Source of the DNA: Balamuthia mandrillaris
Lineage: Eukaryota
Length of the DNA: 64,000 bases
NCBI GenBank assembly: GCA_031835245.2
Contig: JAVKOQ020000096.1
Location: 62,001 to 126,000 of the forward strand
Reading direction: 5' to 3'
Shown: positions 63,612-64,000 of the stretch, piece by piece
Numbering within the stretch: position 1 is the stretch's first letter
Layout: each line of letters starts with the position of its first letter
Notes under the pieces: model-generated
The model's input: the letters and a program-made list of their open reading frames with translations, nothing else
What the model was told of the DNA's origin: nothing
Databases searched by the model: none
Program-made: the position numbers and the translations under genes

Positions 63612-64000
63612 ATGGAAGCGGCCCGGCTGGATCGTTTCAACCGCCTTAACTACAAGTCCTGCCCCTGGCATACGAAACAACCCCGTGTTCTCTTTCAGCA
63701 CATTCGGGCGGCCAACGCAAGGTTCCTCGAATCGAGGGACCTCCACCTCCACGGCTGGGATCAATTCAATGATGATCACTATCTCTGGTGTTGCTCCGTT
63801 GCCATCTTCACTTCCAACTGCATCGAAGACACGGGCCTTTCCCTCAGCGACACTCAACGACTGGTGATGACTAGCTTGCGCGGCGGTGAGCTCGCCGAGG
63901 TGCTTCCCACATCCCAGCGTCTCCGTGATGTCTCCCAGCATGCAGCGGCGTTCAGTTTCCTGTGTCGCGCTAAGCTTGGCCAACCGCTCTCTGTCGAACT
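63612..64000 (+). CDS. 5' part of a probable Fic/Fido-domain protein (runs off the window)
   Basis: Open frame absent from the ORF track: MEAARLDRFNRL...AIFTSNCIEDTGLSLSDTQRLV...DVSQHAAAFSFL...PLSVEL, which matches the pre-catalytic part of Fic proteins. The catalytic HPFxxGNGR motif is not within the window. Confidence 0.7.
   Translation, partial: MEAARLDRFNRLNYKSCPWHTKQPRVLFQHIRAANARFLESRDLHLHGWDQFNDDHYLWCCSVAIFTSNCIEDTGLSLSDTQRLVMTSLRGGELAEVLPTSQRLRDVSQHAAAFSFLCRAKLGQPLSVE

Noticed and set aside
63417..63983. 188-aa minus-strand ORF
   Set aside because: Antisense to the Fic-like frame, with no motifs of its own.

Overview
Gene-dense eukaryotic nuclear DNA with many short GT-AG introns (about 60-200 nt). 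Introns are CT-rich on the sense strand and often carry long microsatellites. Gene content and style suggest a free-living amoebozoan (inference only). About 20 protein genes can be assembled by splicing the ORF fragments by hand: RecQ helicase, group I truncated hemoglobin, SpoU methyltransferase, a CLU-domain protein, arginyl-tRNA synthetase (ArgRS), alpha-carbonic anhydrase, FAM114-like, eEF2, sortilin/Vps10, a CxxC-less thioredoxin, TMTC O-mannosyltransferase, PTS2-type citrate synthase, a full-size ABCG/PDR transporter, a class V aminotransferase, a mitochondrial carrier, an RGS-DEP protein, PARG and the 5' part of a Fic-domain gene. There is also a tRNA-Ile(AAT). Most notable: (1) the RecQ helicase appears to splice in frame onto a chromodomain and a vWA/MIDAS domain as one gene; (2) four intronic box C/D snoRNAs invisible in the ORF track, namely two copies of a U51/snR39-like guide in ArgRS introns and a U18-like guide plus an orphan guide in an apparently non-coding spliced host gene at about 58.3-59.15 kb; (3) a roughly 10-kb CLU-RCC1 fusion gene; (4) a recurrent TGACGTCA/ATGACGAC/GTCGAC promoter motif family. 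All splice models are manual readings and no database search was run.
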